From a bacterium (GTDB lineage Bacteria > Zhuqueibacterota > Zhuqueibacteria > Residuimicrobiales > Krinioviventaceae), in assembly GCA_963675755.2 (NCBI GenBank), contig CAXXMD010000002.1, positions 1,472,001-1,536,000 of the forward strand: a stretch of 64,000 nt of DNA, read 5' to 3'. The notes beneath the pieces were generated by a model. The model was not told the DNA's origin and made no database searches. It worked only from the letters and a program-made list of their open reading frames with translations. The first letter of the stretch is position 1. Each line of letters begins with the position of its first letter. Shown here piece after piece: positions 26,952 through 37,481 of the stretch. Made by a program: the position numbers and the translations under genes.

Positions 26952-28784
26952 ATGTGTGGTATAGTAGGATACATTGGTGAACAAAAAGTTACACCAATAT
27001 TATTAAACGGATTGAAAAGGCTCGAGTACAGAGGCTATGACTCTGCAGGCCTTGCAATATTAAACAACAGTTCTATAGACATTTACAAAGCTGTTGGTAA
27101 AATCAAAGAACTTGAAAACTCTATCACCGGTAAAAATATATCTGGCACCGTAGGAATAGGACATACACGCTGGGCTACACATGGTGAGCCCTCTTTTACA
27201 AATGCGCATCCCCATACAGGTGATGACAATAAACTGGCACTTGTCCATAACGGTATTATAGAAAATTATGAAGAACTAAAATCAGAACTGCAAGCCAAAG
27301 GGCACACTTTTAAAACAGAAACAGACACAGAAACCCTGTGTCACCTGTTTGAAGAATTGGTCAACGAAGGCCACGAGTTTACCGAAGCCGTACGCTTGGG
27401 ACTGGGCCGGGTTGAAGGTACTTTTGGTTTGGTTATTGTGAATTCGGAACAGCCGGACAAGATTGTTGCAGCAAGACGTGGTAGTCCGTTGGTTATTGGT
27501 TTGGGTAATGGCGAAAACTTTATCGCATCTGATGCAGCCCCACTGGTAGGTCATACTACCAATGTCGTCTATCTTGAAGATAATGAAATGGCGGTAATTA
27601 CACGCAATACCATGCAGGTAAAAACCATTCAGGATGTTCCCGTAAATAAACTGGTTGAGCATATTGACACAAATCTGGCCGAGATTGAAAAATCCGGTTA
27701 TTCGCATTTCATGCTCAAAGAGATCATGGAACAACCTGAAACCATGTCAGATACCATGCGTGGCAGACTATTGTTAAAAGAAGGCACCTCGCATCTGGGT
27801 GGTTTGGGTAAAGATATTGAATCTTTGCTATATGCCCGTCGGGTAATTATAACAGCATGCGGAACTTCATGGCATGCAGCGTTAATTGGTGAATACATGC
27901 TTGAAGAACTGGTAGGTATTCCGGTTGAAGTAGAGTATGCATCCGAATTTCGTTATCGCGACCCCGTACTGGGTAGTGATTCCGTAGTGATCGCCATCAG
28001 CCAATCCGGTGAAACTGCTGATACCTTGGCAGCAATCCGTGAAGCCAAACGCAAGCGCTGTAAAGTATTTGGAATTTGTAATGTAGTAGGTTCAAGCATT
28101 GCCCGTGAAACAGACGCAGGTGTATTTTTACACGCGGGACCTGAAATTGGTGTTGCTTCCACAAAAGCGTTTACCTCGCAGGTAACGGTATTGTCACTCA
28201 TAGCGCTTTTATTAGGTCGTATGCGTTCGGTTTCAAGCGCCAAAGGAATGGAAATTGCCAAAGAATTGGCCGCTATTCCATCCAAAGTGGAAAAAGTACT
28301 GAAAAACCATGAACAGATCAAAGAAATTGCAAATGAAATCAAAGACATTCGCAATGTATTGTATCTGGGCAGAGGATATAATTTTCCAGTTGCGTTAGAA
28401 GGTGCTTTGAAATTAAAAGAAATTTCTTATATTCATGCCGAAGGTTATCCTGCTGCAGAGATGAAACACGGTCCCATTGCTCTGATTGATAAAGATATGC
28501 CTGTTATAGTTATTGCAACCAAAGATTCTATCTATGACAAGGTTATGAGCAATATTGAAGAAGTTCGGGCAAGAAAGGGTCGTGTCATTGCAATTGCAAC
28601 CGAAGGCGATACCGAAATAGCAAAAAAAGCAGACAGGGTTATTTATGTTCCATCTACCCTCGATATGCTGAACCCATTGATCAATATCATCCCCTTGCAG
28701 CTTTTGTCATATTATGTTGCTGTATTAAGGGGCTGCGATGTGGATCAGCCTAGAAATCTTGCAAAAAGTGTAACTGTTGAATAA
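26952..28784 (+). CDS. glmS: Glutamine--fructose-6-phosphate aminotransferase
   Basis: MCGIVG, LEYRGYDSAG, GHTRWATHG, SQSGETADT, PRNLAKSVTVE. Confidence 0.98.
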   Translation: MCGIVGYIGEQKVTPILLNGLKRLEYRGYDSAGLAILNNSSIDIYKAVGKIKELENSITGKNISGTVGIGHTRWATHGEPSFTNAHPHTGDDNKLALVHNGIIENYEELKSELQAKGHTFKTETDTETLCHLFEELVNEGHEFTEAVRLGLGRVEGTFGLVIVNSEQPDKIVAARRGSPLVIGLGNGENFIASDAAPLVGHTTNVVYLEDNEMAVITRNTMQVKTIQDVPVNKLVEHIDTNLAEIEKSGYSHFMLKEIMEQPETMSDTMRGRLLLKEGTSHLGGLGKDIESLLYARRVIITACGTSWHAALIGEYMLEELVGIPVEVEYASEFRYRDPVLGSDSVVIAISQSGETADTLAAIREAKRKRCKVFGICNVVGSSIARETDAGVFLHAGPEIGVASTKAFTSQVTVLSLIALLLGRMRSVSSAKGMEIAKELAAIPSKVEKVLKNHEQIKEIANEIKDIRNVLYLGRGYNFPVALEGALKLKEISYIHAEGYPAAEMKHGPIALIDKDMPVIVIATKDSIYDKVMSNIEEVRARKGRVIAIATEGDTEIAKKADRVIYVPSTLDMLNPLINIIPLQLLSYYVAVLRGCDVDQPRNLAKSVTVE

Positions 28785-28796
28785 AAGGAGGATTGT

Positions 28797-30641
28797 TTGC
28801 GTACATCCAATCACTTCAAATTACTACTCGTATTACTGTTTCTTAGCATCACCATACAAGCAACCCTGGCTCAGGATGCAGACACAAAAAAGCTATTTGA
28901 TCAGGGTGTAATTTATTACCAAAATAGATTATACAAGGATGCATTTACAACATTCAAGTCCATTGAATCTATGACAGCTCCAAATCCGTTAATTACTTCA
29001 ACCTACCTCATGCTTGCCAAAACTGCAATCAAAGTGGGTGAAGAAGAAAAAGCAGCCAGTTATATTAAATATTTACGTTCTGCTTATCCTGAAAGTAAAT
29101 ACAATGCACATGGCTATTATCTGATGGGGCAAATTGATTTTGGAAAACAGTGCTATGTAAATGCTTTTGAAAATTTCAGCAAAGCCAGAGAATTTTCAAC
29201 AGATGATGAATTAACAAATTTGGCAACTGCCGCATGTGATACCCTGTTAAGTCTGGGAATTGATCATAAAACCCTGTTAAATCTGTATTCAAGCTATCCC
29301 TGGCAGAAAAATAAAACTGCTTTCGAGTTATGGACTGCAGAATCTTATATACGTAATGGAGACAGAGAATCTGCAAACCTCATTCTAAACCAGATACTAT
29401 CAACCCAAAAAGATTCTAAGGTCATAGATAAAGCACAAGCTTTGAAAAATCTTCAATATACACCCAAATTAAAGATTGGTGTTATCTTGCCAATGTCCGG
29501 CTATTTTTCTGACGAGGCAAAACAACTGCTTCGCGGTATGGGCCTGGCTCTTGAAGAAAACAAAGATGTTCAGAATCTGATTGATCTGGAAATAGCAGAT
29601 TCGCAGGGTGAACAGGTTGGTGCAGTTCATACAGCTCTGGATATTACCCAAAAAGATTATTCATTATTAATCGGCGAACTTGAAGATAATAACTCGATAG
29701 CCATTGCAGGTCTTGCAGCCCGTGAAAATATACCCATCATTGTTCCTGTAGGTACACAAAATGGTGTTGCAACCATTGGAGATAAAACCTTTCAAGCCAA
29801 TAATGACCTCAATACCCGTGGCGCTGCTTTGGGTGAATATGCAGTAAATGTTCTGGGTATGAAAACCTTTGCAACCATTGCCCCAGCCGATGAATATGGT
29901 CACGCCCTTACAGACGCATTTACCAAAAAAATTGACAATCTGGGCGGTACAATCATTTCGCAAAAATGGTTTTATCCCGGTACTACAGATCTCAAGCGTC
30001 AGCTTGATGCAATTCGAGAAGCAGGTTTCCGATACGCTTTTCGTGATTCCATTGAAGCCATGGGTTTACCGGTTACACAATCCAGGATCGACTCTATTTA
30101 CAACGCAATGAACGAGTGGGCCAAAGATGAATCAACTGATAATGAAGGTCTTATCGAGTCTACCGATATTCCGGTTACATCTATTGATGGATTCTTTTTA
30201 CCGGTGTATGAAGAAGAGCTCTCAATTATAGCGCCTCAATTGGCATTATCAAATATTGTTACTACCCCATTGGGTGGTGGATACTGGTTAGACAAAAGAC
30301 TGCTGAGAAGACAGAGAAACTATTTAGACGGTTGTGTTTTTGTAGCAGGATATTATTTCTCAGAAACCGACCTGAGATACAAAAAATTTGTAAATGACTA
30401 TCGCCTGTTAACCGCTGCATCTCCCGGAAAACTTTCTGTATATGGTTATAATGTAATGAATCTTATTATTCAAGCCGTAAGGGAAGGTAATACGACACGT
30501 GAAGAAATAGTAAACTTTCTTGATAATGTTAAAGATTTCGATGGTATAGGTGGAAAAATCACCTTTTATCAAAGCGGACATGTGAACAAGGCAGTAAATA
30601 TTTTACAATATAAAGACGGAAACATATCAAAAATCAATTAA
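28797..30641 (+). CDS. Exported TPR + type 1 periplasmic-binding-fold protein (LpoA/LppC-like)
   Basis: Signal peptide, TPR-like helices (YPESKY), KIGVILPMSG...DEYG...YGYN..FDGIGGKITF. Confidence 0.7.
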   Translation: MRTSNHFKLLLVLLFLSITIQATLAQDADTKKLFDQGVIYYQNRLYKDAFTTFKSIESMTAPNPLITSTYLMLAKTAIKVGEEEKAASYIKYLRSAYPESKYNAHGYYLMGQIDFGKQCYVNAFENFSKAREFSTDDELTNLATAACDTLLSLGIDHKTLLNLYSSYPWQKNKTAFELWTAESYIRNGDRESANLILNQILSTQKDSKVIDKAQALKNLQYTPKLKIGVILPMSGYFSDEAKQLLRGMGLALEENKDVQNLIDLEIADSQGEQVGAVHTALDITQKDYSLLIGELEDNNSIAIAGLAARENIPIIVPVGTQNGVATIGDKTFQANNDLNTRGAALGEYAVNVLGMKTFATIAPADEYGHALTDAFTKKIDNLGGTIISQKWFYPGTTDLKRQLDAIREAGFRYAFRDSIEAMGLPVTQSRIDSIYNAMNEWAKDESTDNEGLIESTDIPVTSIDGFFLPVYEEELSIIAPQLALSNIVTTPLGGGYWLDKRLLRRQRNYLDGCVFVAGYYFSETDLRYKKFVNDYRLLTAASPGKLSVYGYNVMNLIIQAVREGNTTREEIVNFLDNVKDFDGIGGKITFYQSGHVNKAVNILQYKDGNISKIN

Positions 30642-30750
30642 TTATGACTTGCGTCACACCAAATTCGGAAATATTCTATTAATATAGGATGTTAAAAAAA
30701 ACGAAACAACAGAAACTCAAAACTAACAATCATGATGGAGGGCAATCCTA

Positions 30751-31317
30751 ATGAAAAAACTATTACTGATTATGCTGGTACTCGCAACCCCGTTTATGGC
30801 AATGGCGCAACTTGACCTGGGTCTATATGGTGTTGGTGGTCAAATTGGTTATGTAATGCCTGAAGGTGACATTGAAAATCCGATCAGTTTCGGAGCAAAC
30901 CTTGACATCGGTTCTTTTGGCGAAAACATTGATCTTTATGCTTACGTAAATTACTGGGGCAAAAGTTATGATGTTGGCGAATACTATGAATGGTCTTATT
31001 CCATTCTTTCTATTGCAGCAATTGCAAGATACCCCTTTGAAATGCAGGGTTCATTGAAACCTTATGCAGGTGCTGGATTGGGTTTTGAAATTGCAAGTTG
31101 GGATTCAAAATACACTGGTCCAACTTATGGCGGTTATATTACTGCAGCTGACTATGATTACTCTGACAGTTCAACTGACTTGGGTATTCATTTGTTAGGT
31201 GGTGCTGAAATGGAAATTAACGAAAAAATGACCGGTTTTGGTGAAGTAAGATACACCATTTCTGACGTTGACTATTTCGGAATTTACGTTGGCGTAACCT
31301 ACTCTTTAGGCAAATAA
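30751..31317 (+). CDS. Small outer-membrane beta-barrel protein
   Basis: Signal peptide, KPYAGAGLG, alternating aromatic strands, terminal YVGVTYSL. Confidence 0.85.
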   Translation: MKKLLLIMLVLATPFMAMAQLDLGLYGVGGQIGYVMPEGDIENPISFGANLDIGSFGENIDLYAYVNYWGKSYDVGEYYEWSYSILSIAAIARYPFEMQGSLKPYAGAGLGFEIASWDSKYTGPTYGGYITAADYDYSDSSTDLGIHLLGGAEMEINEKMTGFGEVRYTISDVDYFGIYVGVTYSLGK

Positions 31318-31322
31318 TATTT

Positions 31323-31360
31323 AGCCCCTGTGCCTTCCCCGGCACAGGGGTTCCTTTCTT
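31323..31360 (+). terminator. Intrinsic terminator-like hairpin
   Basis: CCCCTGTGCC-ttcccc-GGCACAGGGG followed by TTCCTTTCTT. Confidence 0.7.
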
Positions 31361-31482
31361 GACAATAATCCTTTTTTTTCATATATTTTCTTTCGGTGGT
31401 TTTCACATTCTGCCTTAAATTCCTTCTAGTATCTCTATTATCAAAGAGTAATACTTTAATATTTATCTCATCCGGAGTTGTT

Positions 31483-32151
31483 ATGAAAAAACAATCAATT
31501 ATTTTATTTTTACTCATGGTACTCATTTTCACCCCCTTCATCAACGCGCAAACCATTATTGATAAAGGTATAAGAGGCGGACTTGTCTTGTCAGACGTTA
31601 CCGGTGATGACGCGGAACATGCTGAATCCATTATGGGATATTCCATTGGCGGTTTTGTAACGTTTGCTTTAAATCAACAATTCGCAATCCGTCCCGAAGT
31701 CATGTTTTCAGCCAAAGGATTTGATTTTAATCATTCTGTTTTAACAACTCTTTCTGACGTTCTGTTAGATATTCATTACAATGCGGAAGATAGATTTAAT
31801 TACCTTGAAATACCTGTTCTGGGCGTCTATAGTTTGAATCCTTCTATTAATATTTTTGCCGGACCGTACTTGGAAATTTTTCTAAATGGCAGTGAAAAAT
31901 ACGATTCTACAACAAAATTTGAATATGATTTGAACGGTACAACATACGCCGATTCTGAAAACGATTCTGGCTCGTATGACATCGAATCCGATGATATCAA
32001 TTCACCCGGGTATGGCGTCACCGTTGGCGCTGAATACGTAAATTCACAATTCAGTTTCGGTCTAAGATATTCAAAAGCATTTACCGAGGTTTATAAAGAT
32101 TTTGATTTTCAATTCAGCACTATTCAATTAATGTTTGGCATTTCTTTATAA
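31483..32151 (+). CDS. Porin-family outer-membrane beta-barrel protein (OMP_b-brl_2)
   Basis: Signal MKKQSIILFLL with GGAG RBS; GIRGGL, RPEVMFSAKG, NYLEIPVL, FAGPY, GLRYS. Confidence 0.85.
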   Translation: MKKQSIILFLLMVLIFTPFINAQTIIDKGIRGGLVLSDVTGDDAEHAESIMGYSIGGFVTFALNQQFAIRPEVMFSAKGFDFNHSVLTTLSDVLLDIHYNAEDRFNYLEIPVLGVYSLNPSINIFAGPYLEIFLNGSEKYDSTTKFEYDLNGTTYADSENDSGSYDIESDDINSPGYGVTVGAEYVNSQFSFGLRYSKAFTEVYKDFDFQFSTIQLMFGISL

Positions 32152-32324
32152 AATCAATATTGCAAGCATTGTTTAGCCCTTAAATATTTAATGGCCCTGA
32201 ATTATCTTAAATTACAGGGCCATATCCTATTTTCACTTGATAATGTCCCGCAAAGCTGTTATATTAATCCCAATTTAAAATTATAAAAAATCATACCCCC
32301 TATTCTCGAACTGAAAGGATTTAT

Positions 32325-33143
32325 GTGAATATAGGTCAGGCATTGTTATTAGGTATTCTGCAGGGGTTGACAGAATTTTTACCCGTAAGTAGTTCAGGGC
32401 ACCTTGTACTTGGAAAAATTTTACTAGGCATTCCGGAAAACGGAATCGCATTTGAAATATTTGTTCATTTTGGTACCTTGTTGGCTGTATTGGTAGCTTT
32501 TCGAAAAGATATATGGCATATGATAAAATCTGTACTGGCAGCATTTAAATATATTGCATCACCAGCAAAACTTGCAGAACAATACCATCGTGATTCTGAA
32601 TTACGATTGGCATTTTATATTATCATTGGCACCATACCCGCTGTTATCATTGGTTTATTATTCCAAGACAGCATCGAAAGCGCGTTTAATGATCCGCATT
32701 TGGTAAGTATCATGCTCATTGTTACATCAGCCATTCTCTTTTCTACATTATTTATAAAACATGCGATTACTGATATAAAATTACCCAAAGCCATCATTAT
32801 CGGATTTGCACAATCCCTTGCAATTTTACCGGGCATTTCCCGTTCAGGTTCAACCATCAGCTTTGGTATGTTTCTTAAAGTAGATGGTAATCGCGCGGCT
32901 CGCTTTTCGTTCCTGCTTGCAATCCCGGCAATACTGGGTGCAACCGTTTTAAAAATATCAGATCTCATCCATGCAGGCATAGACAGCAATTACCTGCTTG
33001 TTCTTGCAGTCGGCACAATTGCTGCATTTATTTCAGGATACATTGCGATCATTTTTTTGTTAGATATAGTAAAACGTGGTAAACTGTACTGGTTTGCTCC
33101 CTATTGTCTTATCATTGGTATAATGGGGCTTTTGTTTATATAA
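32325..33143 (+). CDS. uppP: Undecaprenyl-diphosphate phosphatase
   Basis: QGLTEFLPVSSSGH, HFGT, PGISRSGSTI, AARFSFLL. Confidence 0.97.
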   Translation: MNIGQALLLGILQGLTEFLPVSSSGHLVLGKILLGIPENGIAFEIFVHFGTLLAVLVAFRKDIWHMIKSVLAAFKYIASPAKLAEQYHRDSELRLAFYIIIGTIPAVIIGLLFQDSIESAFNDPHLVSIMLIVTSAILFSTLFIKHAITDIKLPKAIIIGFAQSLAILPGISRSGSTISFGMFLKVDGNRAARFSFLLAIPAILGATVLKISDLIHAGIDSNYLLVLAVGTIAAFISGYIAIIFLLDIVKRGKLYWFAPYCLIIGIMGLLFI

Positions 33144-33171
33144 ACAGATTAACAGTTTTTCAGAGGGCAGC

Positions 33172-34164
33172 GTGGCAATAACCGAACAATCACTTTTAAC
33201 GGCATTAAAAAAGAAAAAAATTGCACCCGCATATTTTTTGCACGGAAAAGAACAGTTTCTTGTAGAGAAATACATGCAGGCAATTCTTGACCATGCGCTT
33301 ACCCCGGGTGATGAAGACTTTAACCTTGATTTATTATATGGTAATGAAATAGAAGGTTCACAAATTGTAAATGCTGCCATGGCTTTTCCCATGATGGCAG
33401 ACAGGCGTGTTGTAATAGTTAAAAACATTCACCTGGTTAAAGACGCAGGACTTGATCTATTGATCAAATATTTAAAGAAACCATCCTCAACTACCTGTCT
33501 GGTTTTAACCAGTGCGTCTAAAGAAAAAAAACGATTACGTGACATTGCCAAGCTTTGTGACGAACTTGAATGCAGCCCTATCAAAGACTATAAAATACCG
33601 GAATGGATCAAAGAATATTTAAAAGGGAAACATTTAAAGATCACAGAAGAAGCCCTGCGCTTTTTACACGGTCATGCCGGTAGTTCTCTTCAAACCATTA
33701 GCAGTGAAATAGAAAAGATTGTATTAAATTTAGACAATAAAGATCTGATTGATATAAGCGATGTTGAAGCTGTCGTTGGAATATCCAAACAATATAACGT
33801 GTTTGAACTCTGCGACCGTGTAGGCCACAAAGATATTGTAAACAGCATACATATTGTAAACCAATTGATCCAATTGGGTGAAGCACCGGGTATGATCATA
33901 AGCCAGCTTGCACGGCATTTTCAGCGGCTCATTATACTCAAAGAACTCAAAGCCGATAAAAAAAGCAATGATGACATTGCCAAAGTCATTAAATGCCATC
34001 CCTTCTTTGTTAAAAACTATACCCAGCAGGCAAATAAATTTGACTGGGTTCAAATCACCAAAGTTTTCAACCTGCTGCTGGAAACAGATGTTGAATTAAA
34101 ATCAAGCAGACAAAAACCAATTCTATTGCTTGAACTGTTTCTACTGAAATTGAAATACTTGTAA
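33172..34164 (+). CDS. holA: DNA polymerase III delta subunit
   Basis: YFLHGKEQFL, DFNL, FPMMADRRVVIVK, SEIEK, GISKQYNVFEL, HPFFVK. Confidence 0.92.
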   Translation: MAITEQSLLTALKKKKIAPAYFLHGKEQFLVEKYMQAILDHALTPGDEDFNLDLLYGNEIEGSQIVNAAMAFPMMADRRVVIVKNIHLVKDAGLDLLIKYLKKPSSTTCLVLTSASKEKKRLRDIAKLCDELECSPIKDYKIPEWIKEYLKGKHLKITEEALRFLHGHAGSSLQTISSEIEKIVLNLDNKDLIDISDVEAVVGISKQYNVFELCDRVGHKDIVNSIHIVNQLIQLGEAPGMIISQLARHFQRLIILKELKADKKSNDDIAKVIKCHPFFVKNYTQQANKFDWVQITKVFNLLLETDVELKSSRQKPILLLELFLLKLKYL

Positions 34165-34170
34165 TTTACT

Positions 34171-34198
34171 GGAACTTTTTTAAACCATAGGTGTTAGA
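34171..34198 (+). promoter_or_regulatory. Candidate ECF/sigmaE-type promoter upstream of the ECF sigma gene
   Basis: GGAACTT-N16-TTAGA, same -35 and spacing as sigmaE GGAACTT-N16-TC(T/A)(G/A)A. Confidence 0.5.
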
Positions 34199-34208
34199 TA
34201 AATACAGA

Positions 34209-34802
34209 ATGACGGCCAAAGAAATATCAAATTCAAACTTGACCGATGAGGAACTCATTCGCAAATTCCAGGAAGGCGATCTTTATGCCTACGATCTCAT
34301 CGTCCGCCGGTACAAGGATCAGTTATTGAACTTTGCTTACCGCTTTTTGGGTAATTTGGAAGAGTCTGAGGACGTCGTTCAGGAAACATTTTTGAGATTG
34401 TATAGAAATCGGCACGCGTATAAACAGATTGCCAAATTCTCTACATGGATCTATACCATTGCAGGAAACCTGGCAAAAACTGAACTACGCAAACGTAAAC
34501 GCCGTAAACTGGTATCCATATCAGACATGGGCTTTGAAGAAAAAGAATTCGAGATCGAAGATGAAGGTGCCAATACGGAAAGGTTGACAGATTCCGTGTT
34601 AAAGGAAAAGATCATTCAGGATGCAATCGAAAAATTACCATTCAGGTTTAAACAAGTAATCATCCTGAGAGATATTCAGGAACTTTCATATGAGGACATT
34701 AGTTCAATTTTACGAATTCCATTAGGAACGGTTAAATCACGGGTCAACAGAGCCCGTCTGAAATTACAGTCCCTGTTGGGAGATATAGTAGAAAAAAATT
34801 AA
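34209..34802 (+). CDS. ECF RNA polymerase sigma factor (RpoE/SigW-like)
   Basis: DEELI, EDVVQETF, FSTWIYTIA.N, LSYEDI...GTVKSRVNRAR; ATG 34209 preferred over GTG 34191. Confidence 0.93.
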   Translation: MTAKEISNSNLTDEELIRKFQEGDLYAYDLIVRRYKDQLLNFAYRFLGNLEESEDVVQETFLRLYRNRHAYKQIAKFSTWIYTIAGNLAKTELRKRKRRKLVSISDMGFEEKEFEIEDEGANTERLTDSVLKEKIIQDAIEKLPFRFKQVIILRDIQELSYEDISSILRIPLGTVKSRVNRARLKLQSLLGDIVEKN

Positions 34803-34818
34803 TAACAAAGAGGCGCCA

Positions 34819-35472
34819 ATGGCAGTTTGTTACCAATTCTTGAAACACATTAACGACTACATAGATAACGACATTGATCCAACAGAACTAAAACTGCTCA
34901 ACAAACATATGGCAGAATGCGATGAATGCCGTCTCTATGTTGAACGTTCTAAAGCGGTGAAACTCTCCTTATCTGCTTTACCGAGGTACAAGACCTCTTC
35001 TTCTTTTGATATCGTTTTTAAGGAACGTCTGAGAAACGAGATCAAACAGGAGAAAATCAGCAGGTGGTCTTTACCTTTTCAATTCAACTTTACAAATCCT
35101 GTACGAATTCCTGCAATGGCAGCTGGTGCATTTGCAATCGTTGTGATTGGTTTGTTTATTTCACAGCCGCTGTTTGTCAGCAATGATTCCCGTCAACCTG
35201 CAGTTGCCGGACAGGATGCATTTAGCACAGAGTCAATTGTTGTACCAGCATCCCAGAGCACAACAAATGATCAGTCTCTTAAAATGAGAAATTATGTTAA
35301 TGTTCGGGAACAATTCCATCTTGATGGGCAATACTCGAATTATTCAATACAGTCCAATAATGCATCAGGAAGAATTGAGCGGTCCAGTGATAATGACAGC
35401 ATTCGCGCTTTTCAATCGAATACAAATGACAAACCCTTAATTCGTCAGGCGAATTCGACAGTACATTTCTAA
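34819..35472 (+). CDS. Zinc-binding (zf-HC2/ZAS) transmembrane anti-sigma factor
   Basis: HMAECDEC (HxxxCxxC), single TM helix, periplasmic tail; directly downstream of the ECF sigma gene. Confidence 0.88.
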   Translation: MAVCYQFLKHINDYIDNDIDPTELKLLNKHMAECDECRLYVERSKAVKLSLSALPRYKTSSSFDIVFKERLRNEIKQEKISRWSLPFQFNFTNPVRIPAMAAGAFAIVVIGLFISQPLFVSNDSRQPAVAGQDAFSTESIVVPASQSTTNDQSLKMRNYVNVREQFHLDGQYSNYSIQSNNASGRIERSSDNDSIRAFQSNTNDKPLIRQANSTVHF

Positions 35473-35497
35473 GTTGAATTTTTAAATGTGGTGAATC

Positions 35498-36703
35498 ATG
35501 CAGCATAAAAAATCGACCATTTTTTATCTAATGGTGTATTGCATATTATGGAGCACATACGTACAGGCAGATAACGGATCTTTTCTAAAGCAATTCGAAC
35601 GGGAAATGACAGGCCTTGTTAAAACCATTTCCCCCTCTATTGTAACTATTTCCGCCAAGTTTGATTATTCCTATATCCAGGACTCTAAAGGGTCTATTCT
35701 TAATTTTAAAGATACCAAAAAACAACCCATTGAAATTACCAATATTGGTTCAGGCTTTATTATTGACAGTACATTTATTATTACCAAAACTTCGGTTATA
35801 AATGGCAGTCAGGATATTCAGGTAATTTATAATGACAGTACCATTCAAAAAGCCACTGTTCTGGGTACTGATCCTGAATTGGGAATATCCATCATTCAGG
35901 TGGACTCTGTTATTCAACACCCCTTGCAATTTGGAAATTCAGACAGCCTGAGCATGGGTTGCTGGGTCATGTTGATGGGTAATTCCATGGGCATTGCTCC
36001 CTCAGTATCCTTTGGAATTGTCAACTGTATTCGCAAAGATGATATATTCCAGGTATCTACCAATGTTGCGGCAGGCAACGCGGGTGGTGCGATTTTCAAC
36101 ACCAATGGAGAGATGGTGGGTATGCTTACAAGCGCTAAAGAAATTGAAAGCGACTCTCCTATTTTGGGCTCTTCCTTTTTTGCCAGCGAAACCGTCTTTG
36201 CCCACCCTTCCAAAAAGATACAAAATGTTGTAGAATCCATTATCGAAAGAAGTAAACTACCAACTGGATGGATTGGTGTAACAGCAGAAGACTGGCCGGG
36301 TCATAATGGCGGTGTACATATCAGCAAGGTTACCCCAGGCGGGCCCGCTGAAAACGCCGGCTTGCGCATTGGCGACATTATACTAACTATCAATGGTAAA
36401 AAAATTAATCATACCCTTGATCTTGCCAACCATATTAAATTTTTACGTCCTGGTGAAAAGATACAATTCAAGGTCCTCACCAGCAAAGGTATGAATGTTA
36501 AGTCTGTGACTGTTGGTGAACAACCGGGTCAAAATTCAAGCTATTATACAAACGCACCAAACCCCATACTGCAGAATGTTCCGTTTCTGGAACAGGTAAA
36601 TCAATCGGAAGCATCAGGACAAAATAAACAAATTTTAATGCAGCGTATCGATATGTTGGAACAAGAAATCCATTCTCTCAAGAATATGATTGAAAAAAGA
36701 TAA
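35498..36703 (+). CDS. HtrA/DegS-like trypsin-PDZ protein, catalytic triad substituted
   Basis: Signal peptide, PSIVTI, GSGFII, GNAGG in place of GNSGG, PDZ (GWIGV..GGPAENAGLRIGDIILTING), C-terminal coiled coil. Confidence 0.85.
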   Translation: MQHKKSTIFYLMVYCILWSTYVQADNGSFLKQFEREMTGLVKTISPSIVTISAKFDYSYIQDSKGSILNFKDTKKQPIEITNIGSGFIIDSTFIITKTSVINGSQDIQVIYNDSTIQKATVLGTDPELGISIIQVDSVIQHPLQFGNSDSLSMGCWVMLMGNSMGIAPSVSFGIVNCIRKDDIFQVSTNVAAGNAGGAIFNTNGEMVGMLTSAKEIESDSPILGSSFFASETVFAHPSKKIQNVVESIIERSKLPTGWIGVTAEDWPGHNGGVHISKVTPGGPAENAGLRIGDIILTINGKKINHTLDLANHIKFLRPGEKIQFKVLTSKGMNVKSVTVGEQPGQNSSYYTNAPNPILQNVPFLEQVNQSEASGQNKQILMQRIDMLEQEIHSLKNMIEKR

Positions 36704-36799
36704 CCAACTGCATACAATTATCTTGACTTTTTCAAAAAAAGTGCTAAATTATAATTCTGTTTTAAAATAAACAGAAACGTTCTTTGAAGAAAAAATAAA

Positions 36800-37393
36800 A
36801 TGAAAACAATATTACTGGCAACAAAAAATAAAGACAAAGTAACCGAACTGAAACAAATCCTTGGAGATTTGCCGGTTGTTTTAAAATCTGCCAGCGATAT
36901 GGATCAAATTCCAACGGTTGAAGAAGATCAGGATACCCTTCAAGGTAACGCGATCAAAAAAGCAACCGAGTATTCATTAGCAGCAGGCTTACCTGCACTT
37001 GCAGATGATACAGGCTTGGAAGTTGACGCTCTTGATGGAGAACCCGGAGTTAATTCGGCTCGATACGCCGGCCCCGATGCAACCTATCAGGACAATATGA
37101 ACAAGCTTGTTTCACAAATGGCAGGTGTTTCTCAGGAAAACCGTAAAGCACGATTCAGAACAGTCATTGCTTTTGTTGATGGCGAAAACGTACAAACGGT
37201 TGAAGGTGTCTGCGAGGGAGAAATTCTGGATAATCCAACCGGAGATAAAGGTTTTGGTTACGATCCGGTTTTCTACTATCCCCCACTTGCAAAAACATTT
37301 GCAGAAATGAATACGGAAGAAAAAAACAGGATCAGTCACCGAGGACTGGCACTGCAAAAGATTAGAGATTATTTAAAAGATTATATAAAATAG
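36800..37393 (+). CDS. rdgB: dITP/XTP pyrophosphatase
   Basis: ATKNKDK, ADDTGLEVDALDGEPGVNSARY, GFGYDPVF, KNRISHR. Confidence 0.96.
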   Translation: MKTILLATKNKDKVTELKQILGDLPVVLKSASDMDQIPTVEEDQDTLQGNAIKKATEYSLAAGLPALADDTGLEVDALDGEPGVNSARYAGPDATYQDNMNKLVSQMAGVSQENRKARFRTVIAFVDGENVQTVEGVCEGEILDNPTGDKGFGYDPVFYYPPLAKTFAEMNTEEKNRISHRGLALQKIRDYLKDYIK

Positions 37394-37400
37394 TACCACT

Positions 37401-37475
37401 CGGGGTGTAGCGCAGCCCGGTTAGCGCGCCTGCTTTGGGAGCAGGAAGTCGAGAGTTCGAATCTCTCCACCCCGA
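37401..37475 (+). tRNA. tRNA-Pro (TGG)
   Basis: CGGGGTG acceptor stem pairing with CACCCCG, anticodon arm CCTGC-TTTGGGA-GCAGG, T-loop GTTCGAATC; complete CCA not encoded. Confidence 0.97.
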
Positions 37476-37481
37476 CATTTG

